64,000 nucleotides of DNA from an uncultured Acidobacteriota bacterium (GTDB lineage: Bacteria > Acidobacteriota > Vicinamibacteria > Vicinamibacterales > CAVVIG01). The notes below the pieces were generated by a model. That model was not told the origin of the DNA and ran no database searches. It worked only from the letters and a program-made list of their open reading frames with translations. The DNA lies in NCBI GenBank assembly GCA_963770995.1, contig CAVYRS010000002.1:569404-633403 (forward strand), read 5' to 3'. Position numbers and translations under genes: made by a program. Position 1 is the stretch's first letter, and every line of letters starts with the position of its first letter. This document shows positions 40,432 through 49,328 of the stretch, in pieces.

Positions 40432-41805
40432 CTACTCGATCTTGTGGCAGGCCTCGCAGTCCTGGCCGATCGCCTTGCCGTCCTTCGTCTTGTGGCTGTC
40501 GTCGTGGCAGCGGAAACAGCCCGGAAAGTCCATGTGGCCGATGTTGTTGACGTAGGTGCCGAAGGCCACGTTCATCTCGGGGAACACGTTGCGCCGGTAG
40601 ATGTCGATCGCGCCATTCACAGCCTTTTCGACTTCCTGGCGGCGCGACATGTACTCGGTCGGGAACTGCGATCGGTAAAAATCCCGCAGTGTGCGGGAAA
40701 TTTCCTCGGTCGCCCGCTCCTGCGTCGGATAGCTGGCTTTCAACGCCTTGACGGTCTCGCGACGGGCGAAGGGCAGCGTCTTCGGAATATCACCCCGGGC
40801 CATCAACTGGTTCACGGCCCGCTCGGGCGTCGCGGCCATCGGATGACTCGGACGATTGTGACAATCCATGCAGTCCATGCGGCGGCGCTCGCCTCGTGCG
40901 AGCGCCTCCGGCTTGGCGCCCTCGGCGGTGTACTCGCGGACGTTGCCGAACCGATCCTTGACGCGTACCCACGGGATCACCTGCCGCTTGTCGTCGGTCG
41001 CGATGTACTCGACCTCGTTGGCGACGTTCATGTGCCAGTGGATGCCCTGGGCGATGCCCAGGCGCTCGCTGCCGCCGCCCACGTGCACCTGGAGCGTGGT
41101 GATCGATTCGGTGTTCTTCTCATCCTCGGCGTATTCGAAGGCACGCACGACCTTGTCGCCGTGGAACTTCTCGGGCCAGTGGCACTGCTCGCACGTGTCG
41201 CGGGCGGGCCGCAGGTTCTGCACCGGCGACGGAATCGGTCGCGAGTAGGTGTGGAACGTGACGGCCAGCACCTGGCGGGTCCCGGAAATCTTCGATCGCG
41301 CAAACCACGACGCGCCGGCGCCGATGTGGCACTGGACGCACGTGACTCGCGAATGCGGGCCGTCCTGATACGCGATGAACTGAGGCTTCATCACCGAGTG
41401 GCAGACCTGCCCGCAGAACTCCACCGAATCCATGAACTCGACGCCGCGATAGGCCGCCAGCGATACGATCACGATGTTCGCCATCGTCAGGGCGAAGATG
41501 ATGACGGCCGCGCGCCGTTGGGTCGAATCGTTGAAATCGAGCCGCGGCCAATGGATTTCGGCCGCCGGGCGGCCGCGCGCGCGCCGGCGCCGCTCGATCG
41601 CGGCGCCAAGCGGGATGAGCGCGAGACCGAAAATGAACACTCCCGGCAGCACCAGGAAGAACAAGATGCCAAGGTAGGGGTTGGTGTGCAGCCCGAAGAG
41701 ATCGGCTAAGAAGACGACCAGGAAGACAACGGCGCTGGTCGTGGTCAGCACCATGCCCGTGACGGAAAGCGGGATTCGGATCAGTCGGACGCTGCGCGCA
41801 GCCAC
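40432..41805 (-). CDS. Inner-membrane NapC/NirT-domain multiheme cytochrome c (ImcH-like)
   Basis: Three N-terminal TM helices (NPYLGIL), FCGQVCH (CX3CH) plus CVQCH, CEQCH, CMDCH, CFRCH, CEACH; GIHWH, NRPSH. Confidence 0.85.
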   Translation of the reverse strand: MAARSVRLIRIPLSVTGMVLTTTSAVVFLVVFLADLFGLHTNPYLGILFFLVLPGVFIFGLALIPLGAAIERRRRARGRPAAEIHWPRLDFNDSTQRRAAVIIFALTMANIVIVSLAAYRGVEFMDSVEFCGQVCHSVMKPQFIAYQDGPHSRVTCVQCHIGAGASWFARSKISGTRQVLAVTFHTYSRPIPSPVQNLRPARDTCEQCHWPEKFHGDKVVRAFEYAEDEKNTESITTLQVHVGGGSERLGIAQGIHWHMNVANEVEYIATDDKRQVIPWVRVKDRFGNVREYTAEGAKPEALARGERRRMDCMDCHNRPSHPMAATPERAVNQLMARGDIPKTLPFARRETVKALKASYPTQERATEEISRTLRDFYRSQFPTEYMSRRQEVEKAVNGAIDIYRRNVFPEMNVAFGTYVNNIGHMDFPGCFRCHDDSHKTKDGKAIGQDCEACHKIE

Positions 41806-41953
41806 TCGGTCTCCCTCCCGGACGAACCGGATCCCACAAGGCCCGGCGTCCAGACGGCTCTCTCAGACGGCGTACAGGTTAGCGCAACACACGCGAGACC
41901 CCACAACAAACCGGAGCCGCACGCGGTGCAGGAACGGGGCGATGCGGGCGGGA

Positions 41954-42355
41954 TCAAGGGGCGGCGATTGACAGCACGTAGGATACGAGGTCCCAGGCGT
42001 CGTGCTCGTCCACCGCTTTCCACGCGGGCATTGCGGTTCCGTGCACGCCTTCGCGGATCGCGTAGTAGACGCGCCGGGCGGACGTCGAGCGCCGCCAGGT
42101 CACGTCCGTGAAGTCACGCGGCGAGGCGGACAGTCCCTCGCGGCGTTCACCCCTTCCATCCGCTTTCTCGCCGTGGCACAACGCACAGTGGTTCAGAAAC
42201 AGCGTCCGGCCCCGCGCGCGCGCCTCGGCCGATGCCAGCTGCTGTTCAGGGACCGGAATCGTGCGATAACCTCGCGGCAGATCGTCGTTCGGGCGGGCAC
42301 AGGCCGAGCACGCGATCCACGCCAGCATCACCATCCAGGATGCCTGCGGTCTCAT
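41954..42355 (-). CDS. Monoheme cytochrome c (probable lipoprotein)
   Basis: CSAC lipobox-like, CALCHG..ADG.G, PRDFT, GTAMPAW. Confidence 0.85.
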   Translation of the reverse strand: MRPQASWMVMLAWIACSACARPNDDLPRGYRTIPVPEQQLASAEARARGRTLFLNHCALCHGEKADGRGERREGLSASPRDFTDVTWRRSTSARRVYYAIREGVHGTAMPAWKAVDEHDAWDLVSYVLSIAAP

Positions 42356-42878
42356 AGCCGTTTCTCCGGACGACATTGAATCCGAAACCGCGGACCTCGT
42401 CGGCAATCCGCTCCACGAGGTGCGGGAGCGCCGCGGCTACGTCGGGCGAGCACCCGACGCCGAGGTCGAGCGTTGCCGGCACCAGCCCGAGCAGGACCAG
42501 ACGCCGCGGGTAGCGGTCGAGCCAGCGGACGCCGTCCAGCAAGTCGGCGACGCCGACCTGATGCGGCGACAGCCGCTGCTCGACGGCCGGCGCCACGTCG
42601 GCGCCCTCGAGTCGCACGATCGATCCGGCCGGCGCGTCGGCGCGGATGGCGTCGACCAGGATGGCGGCGTCGGCCTCTTCCAAGTACGGGAGGAGCGCGA
42701 GGCCGAGCGTCCCGCCGTCGAGGACCTGGATCTCGGGCGGTCTGTCGAACGTTCGAGCGAACGCGCTCACGGCGATCGCCCCCAGCCCGTCGTCGCTGCA
42801 CAGGACATTGCCGAGTCCGAGGACGAGCAGCGGACACGAGCCACGTATGGCCCCAGGCTCCTCAGGTACGGACGTCAT
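42246..42878 (-). CDS. hyaD: Hydrogenase maturation endopeptidase (HyaD/HybD family)
   Basis: LVLGLGNVLCSDDGLG, DGGT, VDAI, SPHQ. Confidence 0.92.
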   Translation of the reverse strand: MTSVPEEPGAIRGSCPLLVLGLGNVLCSDDGLGAIAVSAFARTFDRPPEIQVLDGGTLGLALLPYLEEADAAILVDAIRADAPAGSIVRLEGADVAPAVEQRLSPHQVGVADLLDGVRWLDRYPRRLVLLGLVPATLDLGVGCSPDVAAALPHLVERIADEVRGFGFNVVRRNGYETAGILDGDAGVDRVLGLCPPERRSAARLSHDSGP

Positions 42879-43590
42879 TGCGGTCGATGAACCGATAGCC
42901 CGAGTAGGTCAGGTCCTCCGGCGGCACGAACTTGTAACCGGAGAAGATCGACTCGAGCGTGCCGTTGCCTTCGACGTTCGACATCAGCACGGCGCTGTAC
43001 ACGTGATGAACCAGGAAGCCGAGCAGCAGCCACATCACGACGTGGTGGATCCACCGGGCCGTCTGTAGCCCGCCGACGAGCGGGACCAGGAACTGGAACG
43101 GCCGCATGATCGAGCCGACGGCGGCCGACGGCGCGTAGAGTGCGAACCCGGTCAGGATCATCGTGACGTACAGCAGGAAGACGAGCGTGTACGTCACGCC
43201 TGCCACAGGGTTGTGTCCGACGAAGCCCGGCGGCTTCCTGAAACGGAAGACGTAGAACCAGACCGTCGGCATGAAGCCGGCCCGCCGCTTCCGCGGCACC
43301 GGGATGAACTTGTCCCAGCGCGCGTAGGTGTTGCCGAGGAACATCCAGGCGATGCGCGACAGGACCGACAGCGCGAACACGATCGCGCCGTAGAAATGGA
43401 TCACTCTCGCCCAACCCATGATGAATCGCCCGCCAGCCGGCCCGCTCGAAATGAGGAACGGGTTGCCGATGTAGAGGCCGGTCGCCGAGCAGAGCAGAAT
43501 CGATCCCGCGATCAGCCAGTGCGTGACCCGCACCGGCCACTCCCACACGTAGACGCGCGTCAGCGTCGGAGCGCAGGTCGGTTCGCTCAT
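42862..43590 (-). CDS. hyaC: [NiFe]-hydrogenase b-type cytochrome subunit
   Basis: VYVWEWPVRVTHW, IHFY, GHNP, WIHH, VHHVY, SIFSGYK. Confidence 0.93.
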   Translation of the reverse strand: MSEPTCAPTLTRVYVWEWPVRVTHWLIAGSILLCSATGLYIGNPFLISSGPAGGRFIMGWARVIHFYGAIVFALSVLSRIAWMFLGNTYARWDKFIPVPRKRRAGFMPTVWFYVFRFRKPPGFVGHNPVAGVTYTLVFLLYVTMILTGFALYAPSAAVGSIMRPFQFLVPLVGGLQTARWIHHVVMWLLLGFLVHHVYSAVLMSNVEGNGTLESIFSGYKFVPPEDLTYSGYRFIDRNDVRT

Positions 43591-45293
43591 AACACCCTCA
43601 CGCGCGCGAGCTCGCGCCTGGCCGGATCGACGACGTGAACCCCGCACGCCATACAGGGATCGAACGAGTGAATGGTCCGCAGGATCTCGATGGGCCGCTC
43701 CGGATCCGCCACCGGCGTACCGATCAAGGCCTCCTCGTACGGCCCACGCTTGCCGGGGCCGTCGCGCGGGCCCGCGTTCCACGTGCTGGGGACGATGCAC
43801 TGGTAGTTCTCGATCGCGCCGTCCTTGATGTGCACCCAGTGGCCGAGCGCGCCGCGCGGCGCCTCGTGGAAGCCGGCGCCGGTGGCGTCGGCCGGCCAGG
43901 AGCTCGGATCCCATTTCGAGTTGTCGTGAATCCGCAGATCGCGCTTGGCCATGTTGGCGGTCAGCGCGTCGAGCCAGTCGCCCATCTTCTCCGCGAGGAT
44001 TTGCGTCTCGATGCCGCGGGCCGCCACCCGGCCGAGCGTCGAAAAGAGCGCGGCGGGGCCGACGTTGAGCTTCTGCAGGACGGCGCCGACCAGCGCCTTG
44101 ACCTGCGGGTGACCCGACGCGTACGCGACCAGCATTCGCGACAGCGGGCCGACCTCCATCGGCTCGCCTTCGTAGCGCGGCGCCTTCAACCAGCTGTACT
44201 TCTTGGCCGTGTCCAGCCGCTCGTACGGCGGCTTGGGGCCCGTGTAGTTCGGCTTGGTCTCGCCACTCGAGGGGTGCACTCCCTTCTCGTCGCCGCCCTC
44301 GTAGTCGTACCACGAGTGCGTGACGTACTCAGTGATCTTCGCCTGATCGACGCGCTCGACCGACCCGAGGTTCTTCCCGCGAATGATGCCGCTTGGCAGA
44401 AACAGCGCCGGCTGCGCCCCGTCGTCGTCGGGATACTCGCCGTAGACGAGGTAGTTGCCGACGCCGGCGCCGTGCCCCGCCCAGTCCTTGTAGAACGAGG
44501 CCACGGCGAGTAGATCCGGAATGTAGACTTTCGTGACGAAGTCGCGCGCGCTCGCGATCAGCTCACGGAGCCCGGCGATCGTGCCGGCGTTGATGGACGC
44601 CTGCTTGTCCGGATCGATCGGCGTTGCCATCCCACCAACCAGAAAGCTTTGGAGGTGCGGGTTCTTGCCGCCGAGCACCGCGTGCATGCGGATGAAGTCC
44701 CGCTGCCACTCGAGCGCCTCCAGGTAGTGCGCCACGGCCAGCAGATTGGCCTCCGGCGGTAGCTTGTAGGCAGGGTGGCCCCAGTACGCGTTGGCGAACG
44801 GGCCGAGCTGTCCGCGCTCGACGAAGCCCTTCACGCGATCGCGCACGCCGGCGAAGTATTTCGAGCTCGACTTCGGCCAGTCGGAGATCGACTCCGCCAG
44901 CGAGGACGTCTTAGCGGGATCGGCCGAGAGCGCCGACACGATGTCGACCCAATCGAGCGCGTGCAGATGATAGAAATGCACCACGTGATCCTGCACGCAC
45001 TGCGACGCGATGATCAGGTTGCGCAGCAGGCGCGCGTTCGGCGGCGGCGTGGCGCCAATCGCCTGCTCCACCGCCCGGATCGACGTGATGGCGTGGACGG
45101 TCGTGCACACGCCGCAGATACGCTGAGTGAACGCCCATGCGTCTCGCGGATCCCGGCCTTTCAGGATCAGCTCGATCCCCCGGAACATCGTCGAGGACGA
45201 CCAGGCGTCGCGCACGACGCCGCCGTCGACTTCCGCCTCGATGCGCAGGTGGCCTTCGATACGAGTGACCGGATCGACCACGATGTGGCTCAT
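43587..45293 (-). CDS. hyaB: Group 1 [NiFe]-hydrogenase large subunit
   Basis: DPVTRIEGH, L1 TQRICGVCTTVH, HFYHLHALDW, EAPRG, L2 SFDPCMACGVH plus cleavable tail. Confidence 0.97.
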   Translation of the reverse strand: MSHIVVDPVTRIEGHLRIEAEVDGGVVRDAWSSSTMFRGIELILKGRDPRDAWAFTQRICGVCTTVHAITSIRAVEQAIGATPPPNARLLRNLIIASQCVQDHVVHFYHLHALDWVDIVSALSADPAKTSSLAESISDWPKSSSKYFAGVRDRVKGFVERGQLGPFANAYWGHPAYKLPPEANLLAVAHYLEALEWQRDFIRMHAVLGGKNPHLQSFLVGGMATPIDPDKQASINAGTIAGLRELIASARDFVTKVYIPDLLAVASFYKDWAGHGAGVGNYLVYGEYPDDDGAQPALFLPSGIIRGKNLGSVERVDQAKITEYVTHSWYDYEGGDEKGVHPSSGETKPNYTGPKPPYERLDTAKKYSWLKAPRYEGEPMEVGPLSRMLVAYASGHPQVKALVGAVLQKLNVGPAALFSTLGRVAARGIETQILAEKMGDWLDALTANMAKRDLRIHDNSKWDPSSWPADATGAGFHEAPRGALGHWVHIKDGAIENYQCIVPSTWNAGPRDGPGKRGPYEEALIGTPVADPERPIEILRTIHSFDPCMACGVHVVDPARRELARVRVL

Positions 45294-46444
45294 GACCGCC
45301 CCCCCTTCTCGGCCGCGGCGGACTCAGCTCCGCCCGGCGGCTCCGGTCGATCCGGTCCACGATGCATCTTCTCGATGTCGCTGCGACGCCTGATCGTCGA
45401 GATCACGCCGTGGCCGGCGAACGCCGCGCCCACGGCGATCACCGCGCCCACGCCGACCTGGTCGACCGTCGTGCCGATGCCGAAGCCAGGGATGCCGCTG
45501 AGGTGCTGATAGAACGGCGTCATCTTGTCCCAGAAGTCCGGTTCCGCGCAGCCGATGCACGGGTGTCCGCACCCGATCGGCCAGTTCGTGCCGCTGTTCC
45601 ATCGGACGTTGGGGCAGTTCTGGTACGTCACCGGCCCTTTGCAGCCCATCTTGTAGAGGCAGTAGCCGGTGCGATGGGCCTCATCGCCCCACGCTTCCAC
45701 GTACTGGCCCGCGTCGAAATGCGCGCGGCGTTCGCAGTTGTCGTGGATGGACTTGCCGTAGGCAAACAGCGGGCGACGATACGCGTCGAGTGGCGGCAGC
45801 GCCTTGAACGTCAGGTAGTAGACGACGAGCGCCGTGAGGTTCTCGACGTTGGCGGGACACGCCGGCAGGTTGATCAGGTTCTTCAATCCTGGCACGGCAT
45901 CGGCCACGCCGAGCGCGCCGGTGGGGTTCGGCGCCGCCGCCGGCAAGCCGCCGAACGCCGCACAGGTGCCGATGGCGATCGTGGCCGCGGCCTTCCCGCA
46001 CACCTCGCGGGCGATGTCGAGCGCCGCACGTCCACCAATCGTGCAGTACGCGCCGCCGGCGCCGGTCGGGATCGATCCTTCGACGACGGCAATGTACCCG
46101 CCGCTCTTGTCGGCGATCGTCTTCTGCAGCACCGCTTCGGCCTGGTGGCCGGCCGCCGCCATGATGGTCTCGTGATAGTCGACCGAGAGCGTGTCGAGCA
46201 CGATCTCGGCAGCGGTCGGACGGCTCGCCCGGAGAAAGGACTCGGTGTTGCCGGCGCAGTCCTGGAACTCCAACCAGACGAGAACCGGTTTCGGGGTCCG
46301 TTCGACCGCCTGGACGACGGCCGCCGTCAGCGACTCGGGCAGCGCCAGCACCGAACTGACCGCCGCGCAGAACTGGAGAAAGTCACGCCGTGACACGCCA
46401 CGACGTTCGAGCTCGCGCGTGAGCCAGTGTTGCGAGTCGGACAT
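45290..46444 (-). CDS. hyaA: Group 1 [NiFe]-hydrogenase small subunit (Tat signal, C-terminal TM anchor)
   Basis: SRRDFLQFC, EFQDCAGNTES, GTCAAFGG, PACP, IHDNC, CLYKMGCKGP, HPCIGC. Confidence 0.95.
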   Translation of the reverse strand: MSDSQHWLTRELERRGVSRRDFLQFCAAVSSVLALPESLTAAVVQAVERTPKPVLVWLEFQDCAGNTESFLRASRPTAAEIVLDTLSVDYHETIMAAAGHQAEAVLQKTIADKSGGYIAVVEGSIPTGAGGAYCTIGGRAALDIAREVCGKAAATIAIGTCAAFGGLPAAAPNPTGALGVADAVPGLKNLINLPACPANVENLTALVVYYLTFKALPPLDAYRRPLFAYGKSIHDNCERRAHFDAGQYVEAWGDEAHRTGYCLYKMGCKGPVTYQNCPNVRWNSGTNWPIGCGHPCIGCAEPDFWDKMTPFYQHLSGIPGFGIGTTVDQVGVGAVIAVGAAFAGHGVISTIRRRSDIEKMHRGPDRPEPPGGAESAAAEKGGRS

Positions 46445-46457
46445 GCGCCACCTCCCC

Positions 46458-46529
46458 TTCCGGGAAACCGGCAATTCAGTCCGGTCGGAGGCAACGGCCA
46501 TGCCAGGTATGACTGCCGGCAATCCGTCC
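46458..46529 (-). promoter_or_regulatory. Sigma-54 promoter of the hydrogenase operon (46490-46505) flanked by two palindrome copies
   Basis: TGGCATGGCCGTTGCC (minus); TTCCGGGAAACCGGCA at 46458-46473; TGCCGGCAATCCGTCC at 46514-46529. Confidence 0.72.
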
Positions 46530-46536
46530 GCACTCG

Positions 46537-47370
46537 CTACAACACGGATCCCGCAAGCGAGAAGACGATGACCCCGACGATCGCGAAACCCAGCGCCAAC
46601 ACGACGACGGCGGTCACGCGTGCGACCGGCATGATCCACGCGGGCGCAGGTCCCACCACGAGCTGTTCGAGCCGACCCTCGGCGCTCAGGCGCTCGTACT
46701 CCGCCGGCCGCTCGTCGCGCAGCTCTTCTTCGCTGACACGCCCGGTGAAGATCACCGGGTCGAGGGGGAACTTCTCGGGGCGCATGTGCGTGTTGAAGAA
46801 ATGGACGGTGAAGATGAAGCCGACGGCGAGCAGCGCTTCTTCGCCGTGGATCAGCGTGGCGACGTTGAACACCCACCCGGGCACCACGCGCGCGAACACG
46901 GTCGGAAACCAGAGCATGAGCCCGGATCCGCCGATGATGGCCATGCCCCAGAACACCGCGAGGTAGTCGAACTTCTCCCAGTAGGTGTAGCGGTCGAAGC
47001 GGGGCCGGGGCCCGCGCCCGAGAAACCATTTCACGTGGTTGACGAGGTCGCGGAGGTCCTTCGGTTGCGGCGTCATCGACGTCGGCCCCCACACGACGCC
47101 GAGATCGCGATCGACGATGAGCCGCTTGCCGACCCGTCCGAGGTGCGCGGCGAAGACGCCGATCAGCAGGGCTGCCGAGAGTCGATGCAGGATGCCGGCG
47201 GCGCTGAATCCACCGAGCGCACGCGCCAGGACGCCGGCCCACGCGGCGTCGCTGAACAGGAGCGGCAGACCGGAGAGCGCCAACCCGAGGAAGCTCACCA
47301 TCAGCGCGACGTGAAGGGTGCGGTCGAATGCATCGAATCGGCGGTACAGAATCGTCGTCGTGTCCATCAT
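46537..47370 (-). CDS. Di-heme cytochrome b (FdnI/HydC-like; CbcL membrane half)
   Basis: RRF..RTLH, LSGLPL, LHR, PRFDRYTYWEKFDYLAVFWG, IHGEEALLA, VHFFNTH, EKFPLD. Confidence 0.88.
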   Translation of the reverse strand: MMDTTTILYRRFDAFDRTLHVALMVSFLGLALSGLPLLFSDAAWAGVLARALGGFSAAGILHRLSAALLIGVFAAHLGRVGKRLIVDRDLGVVWGPTSMTPQPKDLRDLVNHVKWFLGRGPRPRFDRYTYWEKFDYLAVFWGMAIIGGSGLMLWFPTVFARVVPGWVFNVATLIHGEEALLAVGFIFTVHFFNTHMRPEKFPLDPVIFTGRVSEEELRDERPAEYERLSAEGRLEQLVVGPAPAWIMPVARVTAVVVLALGFAIVGVIVFSLAGSVL

Positions 47371-48569
47371 CGCCGCACCTCGCGTCGCGCCTTCAACCCG
47401 CGCGGCAGCCACAGCGCCGTGTGCACGCCGAAGAACAGAAACACACCGAGCAGCAACAGGTTCATGAATTTCGCCGCGTAGTACAGCGCAGGACTGCGCG
47501 TTTTGTCGTGCCGGTCGGCGTGCGGATCGTATTGAACGAATCCGGCGTTCGCGCCGGGATGGCAGCGGCTGCAGGTCTCGATGAGGTGTCCCTGTGACAC
47601 CTTCGAGCGCGCGTCGGATTTGGCGAAGATGTCGTGGGCGCCATGGCAGTCGGCGCAGGCGGCCACCCGGACGAATCCGAGCGACGTCACCTGACCGTGG
47701 AACGTGTCGCGAAACGTGCGCTGCGATTCGACGTGGCATGTGCCGCACTCGCGCGTGACGCTCAGCCGCCACGATTCGCTGTCGACGGTCTGGATCGCGT
47801 GCGCCGTGTGGCAGTCCGTGCACACGGGCGCCCGCTCGCTGCCCCGCCCGAGCGCCGCGGCGTGAGTGCCCACGTCGTAGCGCTGACGAATGCCGGCGTG
47901 GCACTTTCCGCAGGTGGCCGGTACGTTGGTCCGAAACACCGGACTCTTCGGGTCCGTCCGCCGCAGGACGTCGTGATGAGCATGGCAGTCGTTGCACGTC
48001 GGGGCGACGAGAAGCCCGGCTTTCTCGACCGCCCGACCGTGAATGCTGTCGTGGTACTTCGACGCGACATCGCCGATTTCGATGTTGGCGCGCTGGATGA
48101 CGCTGGCGTTTCCGTGACACTTCGCGCACGTCCGGGGCAGGTTCAGATGGTTGGTGGACGATTGCGGATCCGATGCCCTCAGAATCTCGTGCGTGCCATG
48201 ACAATCGGCGCAGGAAGCGGCCAGTGTCTGCCCGCGCTCGCGGCTCACGCCGTGCGCGCCGGCCCCGTACTGCTTTTGAGCATCGTCATGACACGATGCG
48301 CAGGCGACCGGCTCGAGCTTGCTCGGATGCGGGAATTCGCTGACGGCGGCGAGGTCCTGATGGCAGTCGACGCACGCCATCGGGCCGTGCGTCGTTGCTG
48401 CGAAGCGCTTCGCGTCAACGGCCATCGAACGGCCGTCGTCCCGCTTGGCCGTTGCGTCGCCGTGACACGCCAGACAGTCGTCGTTGGCCGGGGGCTTGTC
48501 CGCCTGGCCGGCCACCGCCGGCGCGGCGAACAGGCATGCCGCAACGACAAACCCAAAACGCGTCCACAT
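47367..48569 (-). CDS. 11-heme cytochrome c with C-terminal TM helix (CbcL periplasmic half)
   Basis: Signal peptide; 11 CxxCH motifs; GANAGFVQYDPH then TM helix with HTALW; ATGA overlap with the cytochrome b gene. Confidence 0.9.
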   Translation of the reverse strand: MWTRFGFVVAACLFAAPAVAGQADKPPANDDCLACHGDATAKRDDGRSMAVDAKRFAATTHGPMACVDCHQDLAAVSEFPHPSKLEPVACASCHDDAQKQYGAGAHGVSRERGQTLAASCADCHGTHEILRASDPQSSTNHLNLPRTCAKCHGNASVIQRANIEIGDVASKYHDSIHGRAVEKAGLLVAPTCNDCHAHHDVLRRTDPKSPVFRTNVPATCGKCHAGIRQRYDVGTHAAALGRGSERAPVCTDCHTAHAIQTVDSESWRLSVTRECGTCHVESQRTFRDTFHGQVTSLGFVRVAACADCHGAHDIFAKSDARSKVSQGHLIETCSRCHPGANAGFVQYDPHADRHDKTRSPALYYAAKFMNLLLLGVFLFFGVHTALWLPRGLKARREVRR

Positions 48570-48581
48570 GGCGAGCCTCTA

Positions 48582-48626
48582 ACAGTCGTCAGTTGTCAGT
48601 CGAGCCGACTGATGACTGACGACTGT
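48582..48626. repeat. 21-bp inverted repeat built from heptamer units
   Basis: ACAGTCGTCAGTTGTCAGTCG-agc-CGACTGATGACTGACGACTGT, two mismatches. Confidence 0.8.
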
Positions 48627-48639
48627 GCCTCGCCCGTGG

Positions 48640-48969
48640 CTACTTCTTGAAGGTGCCCAAGTACGCCACGAGCGCATCCACGTCGTCCTTCGGCAGCGTG
48701 TACGCCTTCATCTCCGGCTTACGCGTTGCCTTCGTCTTGACGGTCATGCCTTTCGCGTCGGTGATCCACGATCGGATCTCGTCGGCCGAGAGCTTCGTGC
48801 CGACGCCGTCGAGCGATCCCTTCGCGTTGCCCTTGCCGGCAATCGAATGACACAGGCTGCACTTCTGGTCCGTGTACAGCTGTTGCCCCTTTGCTACCTT
48901 CGCATCCTGCGCCGCCGCGATGGCCGCCGCGCCGATGCACAATCCGAGAGTCGCTCCCAGCAATCGCAT
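48640..48969 (-). CDS. Small periplasmic monoheme cytochrome c
   Basis: Signal peptide AAAQD, QKCSLCH, RKPEMK axial Met; GGAGG RBS. Confidence 0.9.
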   Translation of the reverse strand: MRLLGATLGLCIGAAAIAAAQDAKVAKGQQLYTDQKCSLCHSIAGKGNAKGSLDGVGTKLSADEIRSWITDAKGMTVKTKATRKPEMKAYTLPKDDVDALVAYLGTFKK

Positions 48970-48992
48970 GCTCTTTCCCTCCTCCAGATACC

Positions 48993-49328
48993 TTACTTCT
49001 TCTTGAGGGTCGCCATGTAGGCGACGAGTGCGTCGAGATCGGCTTTCGGCAGATCGTAATTCTTCATTTCCGGCTTTCGCGGCGCCTTCGTCTTCACCGT
49101 CATGCCCTTGGCGTCGACGATCCACGCGCGCAGTTCGTCGAGCGTGCGCATCGAGCCGACGTCGCCGAGCGGCCCCTTCTTGTTGCCCTTGTCGCCAATC
49201 GAATGACAGAGCGAGCATTTCTGTTCGACGTAGACCTGTGCGCCCCTCGTCACCTTGGCATCCTGTGCGGCGGCCGCCGCCGTCACCGTGGCCGTCAGGA
49301 CGAGCGCGCCGAGAATCGAGCGAGTCAC
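48993..49328 (-). CDS. Small periplasmic monoheme cytochrome c (tandem paralog)
   Basis: AAGGAGG plus GTG start, AAAQD, QKCSLCH, RKPEMK; highly similar to its neighbour. Confidence 0.88.
   Translation of the reverse strand: MTRSILGALVLTATVTAAAAAQDAKVTRGAQVYVEQKCSLCHSIGDKGNKKGPLGDVGSMRTLDELRAWIVDAKGMTVKTKAPRKPEMKNYDLPKADLDALVAYMATLKKK

Noticed and set aside
39388-41709. Long plus-strand ORFs opposite real genes (also 7838-9964) and the alternate-frame ORF 933-2969
   Set aside because: Arg/Ala/Pro-rich shadow ORFs expected in high-GC DNA; no motifs or RBS.
42246-42355. 110-bp overlap of hyaD and cytochrome c as a programmed feature
   Set aside because: The HyaD tail is a non-conserved-looking run-on and may result from an indel; there is no evidence of function.
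45290-47242. 650-aa extended hydrogenase small subunit
   Set aside because: The extension overlaps the cytochrome b gene in another frame; the RBS, promoter and Tat signal place the start at 46444.
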